A program made the position numbers and the translations under genes. Shown here in pieces: positions 57,928-64,000 of a stretch of DNA of 64,000 nt; position 1 is the stretch's first letter; the number at the start of each line of letters is the position of its first letter. The notes beneath the pieces are model-generated. The model worked only from the letters and a program-made list of their open reading frames with translations, was not told the origin of the DNA and did no database searches. This stretch comes from the human T2T-CHM13v2.0 reference genome, Homo sapiens, in assembly GCF_009914755.1 (NCBI RefSeq), contig NC_060929.1. One strand, 5' to 3'.

Positions 57928-58309
57928 TGTATGAGAGCTATGGGAATACACCGCTCAGATCTCGTTTCAAGGAAAACATGCTGTGAGGGATGACTGAGTA
58001 TAGCATGGGTACTAGATCTGGCCATTCCTTATCAACAGAGGATTTCTCTAGAAGGCAGTCTTTGCTCTGGGCCTCCCTATTAACCTGGCCTAGATGTTCT
58101 CAGAGCTGCATTCAACTCTGATGCTCTTTCTACCCAATCTTTCTTCGTCCACCCTCTCCTTATAAAGATGTTAGAGTTGCATCACTTTCTATAGCTTTCC
58201 CCACTCAGATTTTCTCTCTCTTTTTTTCTCCATAGTCATTCCTTCTAATAAATCCTGTGACACATTCAATTCCCTCTTGGTATTTGATCCTGGAGAATCA
58301 AAACTGACA
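57928..58309 (+). mobile_element. LTR33-like ERVL solo LTR inside an L2 end
   Basis: TGTA..CCGCTCAGATCTC .. CTAATAAATCCTGTG..CTTGGTATTTGATCCTGGAG..CTGACA. Confidence 0.7.
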
Positions 58310-58716
58310 CTCCATTAATGTACCCTCAGAGTTCCTTGTACCATTTATTTAAAGCCCACATATTTTGTAATGATATATTTATATGATTATTTAATAAATA
58401 ATTTTCATCCTATCAGACCACTGACTTTCACTGGGGTAGGAAACATGTTGACTTCATCCCTAGGTCTACAAAACCACCTAGAAATTCATATGTGATTTAT
58501 AAATATGTATTGAGTGAATATATGCATTAAAAAATAGTGATAGTACTATACTATCATAAAAGATTTGGGGGTTGCATTAAAGAAGATAAACAAAAAAGTG
58601 GTCACAATAGACTTTAGCAAGAGGAGGAGACCAGGAGGGGTGGAGAAAGAAAACAAAAAGTGAAAATAAATCAACAGTGCTTGAAAAGTTGCTTGACTGT
58701 ATCTTTCTGCTTATAG

Positions 58717-58791
58717 GGTTTTGATAGAGATTGACAGAGAAGGTATATTCAATACTGCAAGGATCTCAGAGCTCAGATGATAAGAATCTGG
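58717..58791 (+). pseudogene. ECT2L-like fragment, start of PH domain
   Basis: Acceptor tctttctgcttatag, then VLIEIDREGIFNTARISELR** vs [21 protein letters not shown]. Confidence 0.7.
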
Positions 58792-58991
58792 TATTACTAT
58801 ACTTGTTTTAACTTCTAATGAGAACAGTACTGATGAGCCCAGTCAATATTAATCACATTCTTGAAGTTCAGGCATTTATATTCTTAACTGAAAAATGAAA
58901 ACATTTTCCACATCAAACCAAGCAAATTCCATGAATACCAAGGGCTTAGGAAAGTATTTTAGTTCGAGAACTGTATAACTAAATTTTCCAG

Positions 58992-59120
58992 GTCTATTAT
59001 GATATTCTATATGCTATATTGTCATTAATTCTTATAGTCACTGAAAAACTTGTGAGCTTCTTTGACACACAGAATTGGTAGTGTATGTTAACAGAAGTGG
59101 AGTTGAAACAATACTTTTTT
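58992..59120 (+). pseudogene. ECT2L-like fragment, PH domain, cut off by an old L1
   Basis: Acceptor attttccag; ILIVTEKLVSF (ALLVSSRGTSH) and MLTEVELKQYFF (FIASVALHRLLI). Confidence 0.55.
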
Positions 59121-60344
59121 GACTTTTGTTTCTGATCATGGTGGGGTAACTGGTACCAGACTAGCTCTTCCACTGCAAACAACTAGAAAACTGTTGTTGT
59201 ACAAAATGTAGGAAAGACATCCCTATTTTTGAATATCAAACAATGAACAACACAGAACTGTAACCACCTAGAAAAGGAAAACAAACAGACTTAATTGCTC
59301 TTTCAGTTTGAAGGCCTTTGATGAACCCTGGGGTAAGAAAGGGGCACCCAAGGAAAACATGACAGTCTTACTTAGCTGAGGAGACAGAGATGATTTCAGG
59401 CAGTTTCATGCAGCCATAATTTGGAGGCAGATACTGGAGAGGTGAGAGTGGAGAAAGAGTTTGAGAAATCTGCAATAGAAGTCCTATTGAGTCTTTGGTT
59501 GAATACTAAGATGCACATGTGCAGTGTGAGACTCCACAGGCTTGGCAAAGAGTGACTATCAGTGAGCCTAAAATACTGGGGAGGTATAAATTAATCAACT
59601 ATGAGAACCACCCCAAACTGAGAGAGCTTCCATGTGAGATGTTGAAGGGAGACCCAAGAAAGGCTATACCTTAGCAGCAGGGCTAAAATAGCCACAGGGT
59701 GATAGCTAATCTAGATTCATTCAAGCAAACCTTGCAAACAGGCCTTAAAAGGAGCATGATTATTAATGAATAAATTAACTGCTATCAGAATGAAGCCCAA
59801 TATTTTTTAATGGGAGACATCTAGATACTCAACAACATAACATTAACAATATTCAGCATCATATAAAAATTTCTAGATATGCAAAGAAGCTATGATTAAG
59901 ATTAAAATCAGTCAATAGAAGCAAACTCTAAAAATGATAAGGATGATGGATGATATCTTTAGTCAAGGACTTAAAAAATCTATTAAGATTATGTTCAATG
60001 ACAACAAATAAAACATAAAAATATTGAGGGGAGAAATGAAATCTATGAAAAAAATACCTAAAGGAACTTCCGGAGTTAAAAAATACAGTGTTTGAGATGA
60101 AATTTACTGGATGAGCTTCAACACAACTCAAACACAAAATAAGTTAAAAAAACAATAAAATTGAAGATGGGGTATAAAATTATTCAAACTAAAACATTAA
60201 AAAGTGGCTAAAAGATAAATGAACAGAACATAAGTGTTGTGTAGGAAACTATCAAGTCATTGAACATACTGCAATTGGAGTTCTAGAAAGAGAGTAAAGC
60301 GTGGGCAGAAAAAATATTTATAGAAATCATAGCTAAAATTTTCT

Positions 60345-60668
<324 letters not shown>

Positions 60669-61711
60669 CTAAGAAATTCAATAAAATTTGCTTAGGATAA
60701 ATACAAAGAAAATTTTTCTAAGGAACATCATAATAAAATTGCTGAAAACCAATTACAAAGATAAAAATCTTAAAAATAGGGGAAAAAAGTCCATTACATA
60801 CAGGAATACACATTAAGAATTACCATTGACGTCGCATCATAAACAGAGCAAACCATAAGATAATGGGAGAATCTAGAGTGTTGAAAAAAGGAAAAACAAA
60901 ACCCAGTCTAGATAGAACCAGTGAAAATATTCTTATATCCCTCAAAAATGAAGGCAACATAAAGAACTTTTCAAAAAAGAAAAAAAGTTGAGTGAATTCA
61001 TTGTCATGCATAAGATTTTAGATGTGAATTCATATCTAAAGAATGAGGAATAAAGGAATGACAAAAATTAGAAATGATAAAGATGTCAGTAAATATAAAA
61101 GATAATTTTCTCATTTTTAATTTTTTTAAAAAAGAATAACAATGAATTGTATTATGCCATATGTACATATATTATATTTAGACACATATGTATACATATA
61201 TCATGTGTAGAAATAATAACAATCAGAAAGGGAAAGACATGCTGTTGTAAGGTTCTTACATTATACGTAAGTGGAATAATATGCTGCGACAAGTGTATTA
61301 TAAATCCTAGAGCAACCACTAAAACGAAAACCAAAACAAAGAGGTATAGCAAGGAATTCAGTAGAGGAGATAGTATGCCAAAAATAATTAATATGAATGA
61401 AGTCAGAAAAAGAAGAAGCAAGGAACAAAAAGCAGATGGATAAATAGAGAAAATAGCAAGATGGTAAATTTAAAAATGGAATGAGCTCACCAATTAAAAA
61501 GCGTAGATTGACAGATTGGATAAAAATGCAAGACCCAACTAAATACTGCCTAAAAATATACACTTTAAATATAAAACATAGGTAAAAAGTAAAAGGACAG
61601 AAAAAGACCTATGATGTAAACAATAATCATAAGAGGGATATCTTAGTATCATATAAAGCAGATGGCAGGCTAAGCTATATTGCCAGGGCCAAAATGGGAC
61701 AATTCATACTA

Positions 61712-62221
61712 ACTGATAGGTAATTTTATGTGTCAGTTTGAGTGGGTTAAGGGATACACAGATAGCTGGTGAAACATTATTTCTGAGTGTGTCTGCAAGG
61801 GTGTTTCTAGAAGAGATTAGCATTGGAATCAGTAGACTGAGTAAAGAAGATGACCCTCACCAATGTGGGCTGGCATCTTCCAATCCATTGAGGGCCCAGA
61901 CAGAAAAAAAAAAAGTAGAGGAAGGACAAATTTGCTCTTTCCTGGAGATGGGACATCCATCTTTTGCCCCCAGGCATCAAAACTCCAGGTTCTTGCGTCT
62001 TCATCTGCAGAATTTACACCAATGCCCCACAGGCCCCTCCAGTTCTCAGGTCCTGCACCTGGGGCTCGGAGTTCCATCATTGGCTCCCATCATTCTTGGC
62101 CTTTGGGCCCAGACTGAGTTACACTACTGGCTTTCTTTATTCTCCAAATTGCAGATAGCATATCATGGGACTTCTCAGCCTCCATAATTGCGTGAGCCAA
62201 TTCTCATAATAAATCCCCTCC

Positions 62222-62279
<58 letters not shown>

Positions 62280-62316
62280 ACCTACTGGTTCTGTTTCTCT
62301 GGAGAACGCTAATACA
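61712..62316 (+). mobile_element. MLT2 (ERVL) solo LTR with a (CTAT)n tetranucleotide repeat at 62223-62279
   Basis: TAATTTTATGTGTCAGTTTGAGTGGG..GATAGCTGGTGAAACATTATTTCTG .. GTTTCTCTGGAGAAC..AATACA; host L1 sequence continues on both sides. Confidence 0.9.
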
Positions 62317-64000
62317 CTGATAAAAGGGTCAGTACATCAGAAAGACATTAATATATTAAATGCAGATTGGCCCTATAAAACAGCTTCAAAAATGTAAATA
62401 AAAAACTAACTGAAGCAAAAGGAGAAATAGACAAATCCACAATAATATTTGGTAATTTCAACATTCCTCTCTCAGTAATTGATAGAACAAGTAGAATGAA
62501 TATCAGTAATTACGCAGAAGATGCAAACACATTATTATCCAATTTCACTTATTTGACATTGAAAAACACAACACACAACACCTAAAAAAATACACATTTT
62601 TAAAAAGTATATGTGGAATATTCACCAAGAGATCATATACTGGGCTACAAAGTGAGGCTCAGAGAATTTAAAAGAACTAAAATCACACAGAGAACACTCT
62701 CTGGCCACAAAAGATTAAATTAGAAATTAATAACAAAAATAGAGCTGGAATGTCCTCCAACATTAAAAATTAAACAGCACATTTCTAAATAACCCAGTGG
62801 CTCAAAAATGTCAGAAGAGAAATTCAACAATATTTCAACTAAGCAATGATGACAAAACAGTGCATCAAAATTTATTACTTGCAGATAAAGGCACACTTAG
62901 AAGAAAATTTATAGCTTTAAATGCTTATGTTAGAAAATATAAGTTTTAAAATCAATGATCTAAGCTTCTACCACCATAAGAATACGGAAAAAGAAGAACT
63001 GAGCAAACCAAAGTGAAGAAAAGGAAGGAAATAAAGATAAGAGCCAGAATAAAAAATGGAACCACGAATAGGCCCTTTGAAAAAAACAATAAAATTGATT
63101 AACCTCTAGTTGGACTAATGAAGGAAAAAGAGAAAGAGAAAAAAAATTGACGATATCAGAAATGACAGAAGGGATCTCATTATAGGTCTTACAGACTTTA
63201 AGAAGAAAATAAGTGGGTATTATCAACCATTTTATGCTAATGAATTTTCCAGTTCAGAGGAAATAGACAATTTCTAAGATACAATTTAACAAAACTGATA
63301 TGTAAAGAATCTGAAAATTCCTATAATCTACTAGAGGAATCACATTTTTAATAATAAAAAATCATCCCCAAAATGTGGATCCAAATGGTTGCAATAATAA
63401 ATTCCTTCAAATATTTAAGAAAGAAATACCAATCTTATGTAAACTCGCTCAAAAAATGGAGAAGAAAGAAACAATCCCTAACATGTTATAGGAGGCAAGC
63501 ATTACCCCAACGCTAAAGTCACGCGAAGACATTACAAATAAAAAAAAAACCCCGAAATAGGAGAAAATCTTTATAACCTTAAGTTAAGCAAAGATTTCTT
63601 AGATATGACACCAAAGCATGATCTATAAAAAAGACATTAATAAACTGAACTTCATCAAAATTAAAAACTTCTGCTATGTAAAAGATACCGTGAAGAGAAT
63701 GAAAAGATAAACCATAGGCCATGAGAAAATATTTGTAAATCACATACCTGATAAAAGGACTTGGATCTAGAATATATAAAGGACTCTCAAAACTCAATTA
63801 TAAGAAAGCAAACAATCCAATTGAAAGATGGGCAAAATATTTGAACAGACATTTCACCAAAGAAGACACAGAGGAAACTAAAACTGGAAACAGATATGGT
63901 AATCCATGACAAAATGTTAGCATTTAGAAGTAAGCAAATAAGAACATAAAAAGATACCCTGCTTCCTTAGTCATTATGGAAATATAAATTCAAACTGCAG

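Noticed and set aside
58666-58698. INQQCLKSCLT as a match to DIQRIIWGCPT
   Set aside because: A better match for that segment lies at 57684-57738; this one sits in the acceptor region and is probably chance
61738-62187. Several overlapping ORFs
   Set aside because: All lie inside the MLT2 LTR

Overview
Primate (human-like) genomic DNA: CpG-depleted and dense in repeats (AluJ/S/Y, L1PA2/3, L1PA7-8, L1M, L2, MIR, CR1/L3, DNA-transposon fossils), with a two-LTR LTR12/HERV9 provirus at 39066-46033. I found no intact cellular gene; the long ORFs in the track are L1 or HERV remnants. The main observation is in the non-repeat islands between about 35.9 and 59.1 kb. Hand translation of the + strand gives about 14 short segments full of stops and frameshifts that match ECT2L in N-to-C order (F-box, middle DUF4347-type region, RhoGEF DH domain, PH domain). 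This looks like the fossil of an anciently lost ECT2L paralogue that was later invaded by HERV9, L1 and other elements. The comparison is against my recollection of human ECT2L and needs a real alignment. Other points of note are a twin-primed L1 inversion that breaks just before the RT FADD motif, three-level L1 nesting, a chimeric provirus with two unrelated RNase H remnants and a duplicated env CX6CC motif, and several snap-back/templated-insertion scars. Repeat subfamily names come from recognition of consensus sequences, and boundaries of old repeats are approximate.
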